From NCBI GenBank assembly GCA_964601625.1, contig CAZROC010000005.1, forward strand, positions 21,077-85,076: DNA of 64,000 nucleotides. Reading direction: 5' to 3'. Position 1 is the stretch's first letter, and each line of letters opens with the position of its first letter. This DNA is from an uncultured Thermoplasmata archaeon (GTDB lineage: Archaea > Thermoplasmatota > Thermoplasmata > JAGHBH01). Positions 46,694-55,799 of this stretch are shown here, one piece after another. The notes below the pieces were generated by a model, which saw only the letters and a program-made list of their open reading frames with translations, did no database searches and had not been told where the DNA came from. Made by a program: the position numbers and the translations under genes.

Positions 46694-48777
46694 GCCAGTA
46701 TGTTCATACCACTGGCCGCCGCAAAGACGAAAAGCGTCATGGCAGCCGGTAGAGAGTGCCCAAGAGATCTTTTAAAGGCGACACGGTCGTCGCCGCCGAG
46801 TATGCCCGTGGTGAAATAGGATGTTGTCACAACAGAGAAAAAAAGAAAAACAGCGAGCACCCCCATGAAGGCGTCTGTTGAAAGAGATGGCCTTGCTCCG
46901 AGCGTTGAGAACTCTCTTGTGAGAAGAGAGTAGAGAGATACAGTGACCCCCATCACAAGCGGGGCGAAAATGATGCTCGTGCTCTTCATCATATCAACTA
47001 CACTCTTCAACTTTGTTTTTATGTCATGGTCAACCTTTTGCATCTCACGCAGATAACTGGAAACGGATATTATCGTCTCGCCAGCAGAAACAGGGTCTTT
47101 TTTAACACATTCAACCAGCGTTTTCATAGCAGCACGTACGCCTCTGCTGTCCATGTTCTCCATCAACCCTCCACGGCCAAAAAGGATGTGGTCAAGCGGT
47201 TTTCTGCTTATTCTCAGGCGGTTTGAAATGTCCACCATGAGGTTGCCCAGGGGTGTGTCGCCCAGGGCCCGGCCAGACTTGTGCACTGCGGTCTCAAGAG
47301 GGTCCCCCTCCAGCAACCTGCTCCCGATGTGAAACAGGGCGTCTGGGAGCTCTTTTTCCATTTTCAGGAGGCGTTTTCGTTCCCTCTCGCTTTTCTCCGT
47401 GGAAACCACAAAAAACACTCCCAGACCATAGCTCACGGAGAGCAAAAAAACAACCACGCCCGGCAGAGCGGAGAAAACAGGGACATCCATGCCGACATCT
47501 CTGAGCGTCAACATGAGAACGGGAAAAAACCCGGCCACGGCACCAGCCAGCACGCCCTTCTTTTTCTCCCGACTCCACCCAACTTTTTCCACCTGTGGCG
47601 GAGCGGAAGTGCCCGGTCTCTTTCCGAGTATGTAATATGCATAGGCAAAGGTCGAGAAAGGAAAAACGACGTCCATGAGAGCCACAACAGCCAGGCCGAA
47701 ATCCCCGCTGCCTTTCTCCACGCTTTCGCCCACGGAGCCGGAGACGTCCTCCAGCTCGTCCACGCCCGTGACACTGTTAGAAGCGCCCGCTCCACCAGCG
47801 GTGACAGATATGTCCATTCCCTGGAGGGGTATAACTGCGCCCATCAGCATGGGGAGGACCACCCCCAGGGCGAAAAGCACGGTTGTTGGGCCGCTCAGAG
47901 AAGAGGCGAACTCTTCCACCTTTTCCTTTGAGCCGTTTATGACTATCATGTGTGCCTTTTCAAGTGCCCGTTCACGCATCTCAGGGGACGCCTCGGAAAC
48001 AGCGCTTTTTATGGTGTAAAGGGCGCGCTTGAACTCCTCACTCCACGCACCCCATCTCTGGGCAAAAACACTCAACGCCTCATCAACCGTTTGATGCCTG
48101 CGCAGAGCTACCTCGCGCAAAACCCTCCTGAAATGTGACGCCAGGGGCTCCTCGCTGTTCTCGGCAGCGAACTCAACCGCTCTCTCAAGAGAAGGCGAAG
48201 TCCTCAGGCTCATGGTCATGTAATTTATTGGCTCCGGTGTCCGACCGATTGAAAGCGCCTGGACCCTTTTTGCGAGAATCTCAGGATACGATGAGAGGAG
48301 CAAGAAAACAATCGCCGGCCCGAAAAGAACAACAGGAAGCAGATATGATCTGTAAAAATCGTAATGGGCGGGAAAGAGGGAGACCAGAGCGTAAAAACCC
48401 ATCAGAAGAGCGGTGAAAAAACAGACAGATACAACAGCAGAGAAACGGACGGCCTCCTGCGGGTAAACGTCCATGCCAAGAAAATATGTCGCCTCTGTAA
48501 AAGATGGCTGAAGAACCTGTCTGCGGGTCTTATCCCACTTCTTTTTTTCCCGTTCATATAGATCCCGGGCGTCCCGCACCTCTGGCGAACCTGGCGGGAA
48601 GTTCATCTCAACACCCAGAAGGTTTCTCTTAGCTGCCAGGAGGCGTTTTTCAGCACTGTACAGTTTTTTTCTGTCCACTCCGCCTCCGCCACCAACGGCT
48701 TTGCAGCCGATATAATACCACCTGCCGTACCGGGGAAAATATGACCGCCGCCGGTCATCGCCGTGCTTGTCCCTCAT
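46690..48777 (-). CDS. Type IV pilus/T2SS platform membrane protein (TadC/GspF-like)
   Basis: Two repeats of a soluble segment (SLERAVEFAA; ELPDALF...PLETA) each followed by TM helices; coupled to the secretion ATPase. Confidence 0.78.
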   Translation of the reverse strand: MRDKHGDDRRRSYFPRYGRWYYIGCKAVGGGGGVDRKKLYSAEKRLLAAKRNLLGVEMNFPPGSPEVRDARDLYEREKKKWDKTRRQVLQPSFTEATYFLGMDVYPQEAVRFSAVVSVCFFTALLMGFYALVSLFPAHYDFYRSYLLPVVLFGPAIVFLLLSSYPEILAKRVQALSIGRTPEPINYMTMSLRTSPSLERAVEFAAENSEEPLASHFRRVLREVALRRHQTVDEALSVFAQRWGAWSEEFKRALYTIKSAVSEASPEMRERALEKAHMIVINGSKEKVEEFASSLSGPTTVLFALGVVLPMLMGAVIPLQGMDISVTAGGAGASNSVTGVDELEDVSGSVGESVEKGSGDFGLAVVALMDVVFPFSTFAYAYYILGKRPGTSAPPQVEKVGWSREKKKGVLAGAVAGFFPVLMLTLRDVGMDVPVFSALPGVVVFLLSVSYGLGVFFVVSTEKSERERKRLLKMEKELPDALFHIGSRLLEGDPLETAVHKSGRALGDTPLGNLMVDISNRLRISRKPLDHILFGRGGLMENMDSRGVRAAMKTLVECVKKDPVSAGETIISVSSYLREMQKVDHDIKTKLKSVVDMMKSTSIIFAPLVMGVTVSLYSLLTREFSTLGARPSLSTDAFMGVLAVFLFFSVVTTSYFTTGILGGDDRVAFKRSLGHSLPAAMTLFVFAAASGMNILA

Positions 48778-51254
48778 TTGACCACCCCACCCCCACCCTG
48801 TTCAAACCCCTTCTTCCACTCCTCAAAAAACTCCGCGGCGTCATCTTCCCCGCCCGTTTTCCACCCCTCGTCAACCATGGACCAGAAAAGCGAATACGCC
48901 CTGCTGACACTCTCCGGCCTGACAGCGCCCGTAAAACCGCTGTTCCCCGCCACCTCCACCAGATACCCGTGTATTTTTCCCCGGACATCAATGTTGTAAA
49001 TCGCTTCTTCAACACGCATGCCCCAGTCCCTTGCTATGCGGGCGACTACCTCGGACCTGTAATAAAAATCGTCTGTTGGGACAAGAGAGTCTTTTACATC
49101 CGAGTATTCCATCAGAGCCCTGAACTCTCCCTCAACGTCTTTGTCTACCTCAGCCACAGAGAGAACCCGCCTCCGAACCCGGTGGCCGCCTCCGGGGCGC
49201 ACCAGACCGGCGACAACCACAACATCTGTGGCAGAAAAAGACGGGAACGGGATGCCGATGTCATGGACCACTCTCTCATAAACCGCCCTGGGGCTGTCGG
49301 CGTGAAAAGTTCCCATGACAGAGGAACCAGCAGTCCCGGTCCTCATGGCCTCATACAGCACCTTTGCTTCTTCGCTCCGTACCTCTCCGAGAACAAGGGC
49401 GCTCTCACCCAGACGCAGCGAAACCCGGAGCGCGTCTCTGCTATCAGAACCGTTTCCCACGAGCATGCTCTGGACCTTATATCCCAGTTTCTGCATCTCA
49501 CGGACAGGCAGCTCGGGGGTGTCCTCTATTGTCAGAACACGCTGGCTCTTCGGGAAAGCAAAAAGCATCCCGCCAAGAAGAGACGACTTGCCAGCACCCC
49601 TGCTACCCGCAATTATTATGGTCGCCCGCCCATCAACCAGAAACCACAGGAGACCACAGGCCATCGGGGAAAGAGACCCGGCCATCAAAAGGCGGGGGAG
49701 TGTCCACGGATCAAGCGAATGTCGCCTCAGAGCAAGTGCCACACCGCCGGGACTCAGAGGGGGCCCTATCAACGTCGCACGGGCGTTGAACTCCGGCATA
49801 TCCGTCTCCAGAACTGGGTTCGCTTCGGAAAAACCCCTGCCGCTCACGTGCCTGAGACGTGAGACCATGCTCTGAAGGTCCCTCTCGCTCAACGTTATGT
49901 TCGTGACCATTTTGGAGGGTATGTCCACGCCGGCGGAGCCAACGACCACGTGTACAGGGTTTTCCTCGCACGGAGCGTTAACATAGATGTCCTGGACATA
50001 AGGGTGTTGTAGGAGGAACTCCAGCACACCAACGCCTGTCGTGTACCTTCCGAGAATTAGAGCCAGTTTCCGCGCCTTCTCGGCATCTTCCATTATCGCG
50101 CCCCGCCTCGTCCTTTTTCTCCTGCGCTGCAGTTTTCTCAGGATGATCCTCTCAGCCAGTCTCTCAACAAAGGCCCTCGCAACATCCGGTTCTCCCATAT
50201 TTATCTCAGAGAGGTCCCTGGAAAGAATCTCCTCAATGGTCTCGTAAACCAGCACGACATCTGATTTTTTCATAGAATACTCGTCCGGTATCATATGGAG
50301 AAAGCCTTCTGTGGAACCTGGCAACCGGTACATCCGTGTCCAGACACCCCCCTCCCTCTTTCCACCCAGCAACGTACCATCTGGCGTCTTCTTCTCTATC
50401 CACGTCGTTGAAAAACACGGGCGAATCTGTCTGGTGCTTTCAAGAAAGGTGTCTATGTCTTCATAAAAGCCGCTCACGTCCACCCCCCTTATTTTGCGTA
50501 TAACATCTCCCAGCAGCGGATGGTTTTTTACTCGTATAGGCCCTCTCTTTTTTCCGTTGTCATCTCCTCCCCCGTCACCCACCCTTTTTATGTGCATATT
50601 GATCCCGGTGCCCTCGGAGATTCCCGCCCCCCCATCCAGGTGTTTTACCACGTGCTCCCTCATGGACTCCGCCATGGAGAGCAGCATAACCACACGATCC
50701 CTGGTCAAAGAAGAACACGAAAAACACCCCCTGTTTTCCCTCACCTGGCTGAAAGAACCGCTCAACAGCAGATCTCTGAGGTACATATAAAAATCTCCGG
50801 GGTCCAGAAAAAGCCGTTTCCTTGCCTCAGTGAAAACGTTTTTGGGGTTAACGGAGCACCTTTCACACCGGAGGCCAAGCAACCCACTCTTCGGTCCCTG
50901 GGACCGGACAAAACTGTCAAGCTCAGCCACGATCGCGCCAATCTTTTTTAACAGATCGACCCCGGGGCCAGGATACATCTCCTCATTATAGTCTTCCAGG
51001 ACAATCCTGTCCACAACAGTTTCCTGCGATACAACCCTTATGGCGCCAGCCCTGCACCGGAGGTTCAAAAGTGTCCCTGCACCAGGGCACGAACGGCACT
51101 GTAGAAAAACTGTGTTTTTGCCCCCATCCTTTTTCACCTCATAGCGGCAGATGGAACTTGAGAGATCAACATCCTCTCGCTCGCCACGGGCACAAACTCT
51201 CTCTTCATCTGAGCCCGAAACGGGATTCACAACACCGTCTTTCCCCATAAGCAA
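48774..51254 (-). CDS. Type II/IV secretion (pilus assembly) ATPase with Cys-rich N-terminus
   Basis: GSRGAGKSS, TIEDTPEL, LGEVRSEE, GTFHADS; three CxxC motifs upstream. Confidence 0.9.
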   Translation of the reverse strand: MLMGKDGVVNPVSGSDEERVCARGEREDVDLSSSICRYEVKKDGGKNTVFLQCRSCPGAGTLLNLRCRAGAIRVVSQETVVDRIVLEDYNEEMYPGPGVDLLKKIGAIVAELDSFVRSQGPKSGLLGLRCERCSVNPKNVFTEARKRLFLDPGDFYMYLRDLLLSGSFSQVRENRGCFSCSSLTRDRVVMLLSMAESMREHVVKHLDGGAGISEGTGINMHIKRVGDGGGDDNGKKRGPIRVKNHPLLGDVIRKIRGVDVSGFYEDIDTFLESTRQIRPCFSTTWIEKKTPDGTLLGGKREGGVWTRMYRLPGSTEGFLHMIPDEYSMKKSDVVLVYETIEEILSRDLSEINMGEPDVARAFVERLAERIILRKLQRRRKRTRRGAIMEDAEKARKLALILGRYTTGVGVLEFLLQHPYVQDIYVNAPCEENPVHVVVGSAGVDIPSKMVTNITLSERDLQSMVSRLRHVSGRGFSEANPVLETDMPEFNARATLIGPPLSPGGVALALRRHSLDPWTLPRLLMAGSLSPMACGLLWFLVDGRATIIIAGSRGAGKSSLLGGMLFAFPKSQRVLTIEDTPELPVREMQKLGYKVQSMLVGNGSDSRDALRVSLRLGESALVLGEVRSEEAKVLYEAMRTGTAGSSVMGTFHADSPRAVYERVVHDIGIPFPSFSATDVVVVAGLVRPGGGHRVRRRVLSVAEVDKDVEGEFRALMEYSDVKDSLVPTDDFYYRSEVVARIARDWGMRVEEAIYNIDVRGKIHGYLVEVAGNSGFTGAVRPESVSRAYSLFWSMVDEGWKTGGEDDAAEFFEEWKKGFEQGGGGVVK

Positions 51255-51313
51255 CCGCCAACGTGGTCCCTCATGGAGAAGTGGTTTAAAAGGTTTTGCT
51301 TTCTTAAAACGAG

Positions 51314-52300
51314 TGCAGTATCCCGAAATATTTTAACAGTTGTTCCTGTTAGGGGTATGCGGAAGTTGAATGATAGGAAGGTTCGTTGGATTATCAGGGA
51401 GATTGAGAAGGGTTCCAGTATGTCCAGGGTAGTTCGTATTCAGGGGGTTTCCCGTGTGCGTGTTTGGCAGTTGTGGCGGGAATACGTGGCCACTGGAGAG
51501 GTTCCACGGTTACGGAAGCCTGGTAGGAAGCCTGTCCCTATACCTCGGCATGAGAGAGAGCTGGTTTTTGAGATGTATGAGAGATACAAACTCGGCCCCC
51601 TGGCTTTGGAAAGAAAGATCAGGCGGGAGACCGGACAGCATATCCCACACAACAAGATATACCGGATCATGTTGGAAGGAGGGCTGATTGTGGAAAACCC
51701 AAGAAAGAAAAGACAACGCAGATATGTGAGATTTGAAAGAACACACTCGATGAGCATGTGGCAAGGCGACTGGAAACAAGTCCAAATAGACGGCGAAAAG
51801 AAATGTCTCATTGCCTTTATGGATGATGCCAGCAGACGAATAATGTGCTATGGAATCTACGATCATGCGACCACAGAAAACACCATACGGACACTAAGAG
51901 AGGGTTTCCGCAGACACGGGTGTCCTAGGGAGATTCTCATAGACCACGGACCACAATTCACAGCCAACAAAAAAAGAGACAAGAAAGGACGCGGTAAACA
52001 TCCTTTCCCAGAGTTCCTGAGACAACACGGCATAAAACATATTCTAGCAAGGGTCCAACACCCACAAACAAATGGCAAAATAGAACGCTTCTTCGGCACC
52101 CTCGAACAAAAACTCCCACTGTTCAACAACAACATACACGAACTCATACACCGGTACAACTATGACAAACCACACATGAGTTTGGATTTTGAGAACGCAG
52201 AAACACCAGAAGAAGCATTCTGGAGAAAACTCCCACCAGAAAAAATCCTTGAATACGCGGGGTGGTTACTTGAAGCGTAAAATCAATTCAGGATACTACA
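51314..52300 (+). mobile_element. IS481-family insertion sequence, 987 bp, 15-bp target duplication
   Basis: Ends TGCAGTATCCCGAAAT and (reverse complement) TGTAGTATCCTGAATT; CTTTCTTAAAACGAG at 51299-51313 and 52301-52315. Confidence 0.93.
51357..52280 (+). CDS. IS481-family DDE transposase (intact)
   Basis: N-terminal HTH; WQGDW, MDDASR, DHGPQF, PQTNGKIERF. Confidence 0.92.
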   Translation: MRKLNDRKVRWIIREIEKGSSMSRVVRIQGVSRVRVWQLWREYVATGEVPRLRKPGRKPVPIPRHERELVFEMYERYKLGPLALERKIRRETGQHIPHNKIYRIMLEGGLIVENPRKKRQRRYVRFERTHSMSMWQGDWKQVQIDGEKKCLIAFMDDASRRIMCYGIYDHATTENTIRTLREGFRRHGCPREILIDHGPQFTANKKRDKKGRGKHPFPEFLRQHGIKHILARVQHPQTNGKIERFFGTLEQKLPLFNNNIHELIHRYNYDKPHMSLDFENAETPEEAFWRKLPPEKILEYAGWLLEA

Positions 52301-52360
52301 CTTTCTTAAAACGAGCGATTGGTTTATATCCTCTGCTTTTTTTATGAGTGAGGAGAGAGT

Positions 52361-53398
52361 ATGAAAGTAATGATGTGTCCGCCAACTGGAACTCCATATT
52401 TAGATCTGTTGAAACAAGCGTTGGAGGAAGAAGGAATTAGGGTGGTCCCGGTTTCTTGGTTTGGCAAACAGACGGTGTATTCGCTATCTCAGCTTTTTAA
52501 AGGAAAAATAGGTGGGGCGAACATATTACATTTGCATTGGATGCCTTTTAACTGGTTTTACATGATGAGAATGGTGAGAAAGATATCTGGTTTTATTAAG
52601 GCAGAAATGGTATGGACCATTCACAACCTAATACCACATGAACCCAGATATGGAAGCACTGAAAAAGATATAGAGGCAATGAAATATATGGCTAATTGGG
52701 CGGTTGCGGGTATAGCACATTGCGAAAAAACGAAAGAAGAGTTTCATCAAATATATAGAAAAGATATGCCTATTTTTGTAATACCTCATGGTAATTTTAA
52801 TAAATATACCACTCCTTTTATCAAAGATCCAGAGGAATCACGAAAAAAATTGAATATACCGCCTGATAAAATAGTTCTTTTGCTGTTTCCTGCTAATCGT
52901 TGGAACAAGGGTATAAAAATGTTTATTGATGTAGTAAAGAAGCTTCCGGAAGAATATATGGGAATCCTTGCTGGAAAATGCAAAAATACAGAAATAAAAA
53001 ATTATATTAAACGAGAGACACAAAAAAATAGAGATAAATTTATAGTCAACCTTGGGTATCTAACTGATGAGGAAGCTGGATATTATTTTAGCGCCTCAGA
53101 CATATTTTTTATGCCATACACATACATAACTACTTCCGGTAGTGTGATGTATGCATTAGGGTTCAAAAAACCGGTCATTTCTACGCCAAAGGGTAACTTA
53201 TATCAACTTGTGAAAAACGGTATTAATGGCTTTTTATGTGAAAATGAAGAAGAAATGATAGAAAAAATACTTAGTATAGATCGGGAAACAGCTAGAAAAA
53301 TGGGAGAAGAAAGTTATAGAATAGCATCTCAACCTCAATTTAATTGGAGAGAAATTGCTAAAAAAACAATATCTGTTTATGAATATATAACAAAATAA
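52361..53398 (+). CDS. Glycosyltransferase family 4
   Basis: HLHW, WTIHNLIPHE, IPHG, KG, PY...TSGS...KPVI; AT-rich. Confidence 0.88.
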   Translation: MKVMMCPPTGTPYLDLLKQALEEEGIRVVPVSWFGKQTVYSLSQLFKGKIGGANILHLHWMPFNWFYMMRMVRKISGFIKAEMVWTIHNLIPHEPRYGSTEKDIEAMKYMANWAVAGIAHCEKTKEEFHQIYRKDMPIFVIPHGNFNKYTTPFIKDPEESRKKLNIPPDKIVLLLFPANRWNKGIKMFIDVVKKLPEEYMGILAGKCKNTEIKNYIKRETQKNRDKFIVNLGYLTDEEAGYYFSASDIFFMPYTYITTSGSVMYALGFKKPVISTPKGNLYQLVKNGINGFLCENEEEMIEKILSIDRETARKMGEESYRIASQPQFNWREIAKKTISVYEYITK

Positions 53399-53486
53399 AA
53401 GAACAAAATAATATAAAATAAAAAATAATATTAAGAGATATAAAAAACTGGCGGATGGATTTTTATACTGTAGGGACTATTTACCG

Positions 53487-54911
53487 TTGATGTTAGAAAA
53501 CGGAAAGCCAGACATCCTCTTTATAGTCTTGGACACTATGCGAAAAGATTATACTTTAATGCTTGAAAAAGAATTATCAAAATACAATTTTATATCTTAC
53601 GATAGGGCCATTTCTCCGGCTCCTTGGACCACACCATCTCACGCATCTATTTTTTCTGGGATGTATCCTGCTTTCCATGGGGTTCATGAGTCCAAAAGAA
53701 GAAAGCTGACAGATGTGTTTTTTAAAAAAGGGTTAAATAATCTTATTATTTCATTAAAAAATCATAAATATAAAACATGTCTGTTCAGTAGTAATAACTT
53801 TGTAACTCCAATCTATGGGTTTAAACCATTTGACCATTTTTTCTATGTTCACGCGTTCCCTCCCTCCTGGAACTTTTTATCAGATCAGGAGAGAAAAATA
53901 ATCTCTAAAATGAAATTTAATATCGACAATCCATTCCAAATGATAAATTTATTACATAATTCTGATGTTAAAATCACAGCTCTTAAATATATCTCCGAAA
54001 CGACGGCAAATATGTTAATTAGATTTAACGCAAAATTATTTTTTAATTGGCCAAAAAATAAAGGTAATCGCTTATTAACAAATAAAGTAAAAGATGTTCT
54101 TTTAAAAGAAAATAGTTCTTCATCTGATAGATATCCTCGTTTTATTTTTGTAAATTTTATGGAAGTTCATGAGCCATACACCATCAATGAACCAGTTAGT
54201 TTTTTGGATAATCTAAAAGAGAATGGGGCGTCTGAGAGGAATCTCTACGTCTGGAAAAAGAAATATAAGGAATTTTCTGAATATCTAAATAAAAATATAA
54301 TAACATTAATAAAAAACCTTGAAGATAAACTTGATAACATGCTAATCATAATTACCAGCGACCATGGACAGCTTTTAGGAGAGCATGGAAATAAAGTGGG
54401 TCATGGAACATATCTCTATGATGAACTTTTACGGGTTCCATTTTTAATTAGGTATCCGGATTCTTGGAAAAATAAAAATTCTCTTGAAAGATGGGAAACA
54501 ACAGACACCGAATCATGGCTTAGTTTGATAAAAGTAAAAGACATCATTGAAAAAGTTATCCTGTCCGATTCCTCCACTGTCTCAAAGAAGAAAATTCTAT
54601 CGGATATTGTATTCAGTGAAAGTTACGGGATACATCGTCGTGTAAGCTGGCTAAACGATTCTAAATCTCTGGCATCCAACGGAAAAACAGAAGAAATGGA
54701 GATAATCAAAAAAATCACACATTTAGAAAAGTACAGGATCGCAATATATTATAAAAATTCCAAAGTGATATTTAATGTTTCTGACTGGAAAATAGAAAGC
54801 ATTTCTTCTTTTAGTGATAAGATAATTGACGAAAAAGCTCTCATATATGAAGTGAAGAAACACGTCATGAATTTTATAAAAACTTCTACCGTACGCTCTT
54901 TAGTGCGTTAA
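53487..54911 (+). CDS. Sulfatase-like hydrolase/transferase (alkaline phosphatase superfamily)
   Basis: IVLDTMRKD, SPAPWTTPSHASIFSG, MEVHEPY, TSDHGQLLGEHG...GHG. Confidence 0.88.
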   Translation: MMLENGKPDILFIVLDTMRKDYTLMLEKELSKYNFISYDRAISPAPWTTPSHASIFSGMYPAFHGVHESKRRKLTDVFFKKGLNNLIISLKNHKYKTCLFSSNNFVTPIYGFKPFDHFFYVHAFPPSWNFLSDQERKIISKMKFNIDNPFQMINLLHNSDVKITALKYISETTANMLIRFNAKLFFNWPKNKGNRLLTNKVKDVLLKENSSSSDRYPRFIFVNFMEVHEPYTINEPVSFLDNLKENGASERNLYVWKKKYKEFSEYLNKNIITLIKNLEDKLDNMLIIITSDHGQLLGEHGNKVGHGTYLYDELLRVPFLIRYPDSWKNKNSLERWETTDTESWLSLIKVKDIIEKVILSDSSTVSKKKILSDIVFSESYGIHRRVSWLNDSKSLASNGKTEEMEIIKKITHLEKYRIAIYYKNSKVIFNVSDWKIESISSFSDKIIDEKALIYEVKKHVMNFIKTSTVRSLVR

Positions 54912-54956
54912 AAGTATGCCTTTTGTCCTTTTCGTACTTCCGGCGAGGATGTCAAG

Positions 54957-55656
54957 TTATTGCCTCCTTAGGTTGTATATTGTGATGAATGATAGGCACC
55001 ATGATAGTGCTGTTTCTGGTTTGGCGTTGTGTGGCCATCTTTTGTAGAATTGTTTGATTCTGTGTTTGAATATGTGGTACCATTGCTCTATTGGGTTTCT
55101 TGGTCCGAAGGTTTTGTGTTCCCATGTTAGTCCCATTCGTTGTAGGGCCCATGGGTTTGTTGGGAATTGCTTAGGGCAATTCCCCAAATCGTGCGGAATT
55201 TTAACAGAGTTAAAATTCCGTAGATACCATGGGCCCCCGTCTACGTAGATGTGTGGTTTGTTTGTACAGGTTTTTAGGATCTTTCTTAGAAAGATGTATG
55301 TGTCTAGTCCTGAGCGGGTTGTTGTTATTTGTATTGCTAGTATTTCCCATGTTTGTGTGTCTATGGCTGTCCACATGTAGTGCCATTTTCCCTGGATTTT
55401 TATCTTTGTCTCGTCTATTGCTATTGTTGGTCTATGTTTTTTCTCGGGTGTTGATAGTAGGTGTTTTGCTCTGTGGTACCATTGTCTGGCTGCCTCATAG
55501 CTGCCTCCCCCCGAACAGTCTCAGGACTTCCTCTGTTTTCCTATAGGATAGTCCCAGGTAGACTAATAGTATTTCCAGCGCTCTTATTTCCATGGGGGTT
55601 CTTTCTCTCACGAAAACCTTTTTAGCCCTTAACAATTCTACTATCCTCGTGAGCAT
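54957..55656 (-). pseudogene. IS6-family transposase with +1 frameshift and 69-bp in-frame insertion
   Basis: GLSYR...SYEAARQWYH...IAIDETK...WTAID...VDGGPWY...RNPIEQW; extra G in the G6 run at 55507-55512. Confidence 0.88.
55155..55223. repeat. 69-bp double-hairpin insertion
   Basis: GGGAATTGC-ttagg-GCAATTCCC and CGGAATTTTAAC-aga-GTTAAAATTCCG interrupt the DGGPWY|PWAL motif. Confidence 0.8.
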
Positions 55657-55799
55657 ATCCCATCCCTTCTGGCCCAACAAACCGGACCAAAACAGGGATA
55701 TGCTCACACCAAACTTAACACTTATCTTGACATCCTCTTCCGGCTTTATGGTATGCTTTTTATATAAGAGAGTATATAAGAGATTCTTGAGGGAATGCG

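Larger units (their letters stand above)
54945..55737 (-). mobile_element. IS6-family insertion sequence (defective)
   Basis: Perfect 12-bp terminal inverted repeat GAGGATGTCAAG/CTTGACATCCTC; flanking (C)TTCCGGC duplication of 7-8 bp. Confidence 0.88.

Noticed and set aside
51273..51356. 28-aa N-terminal extension of the IS481 transposase
   Set aside because: Begins outside the left IS end (51314); the ATG at 51357 has an SD-like AGGGGT
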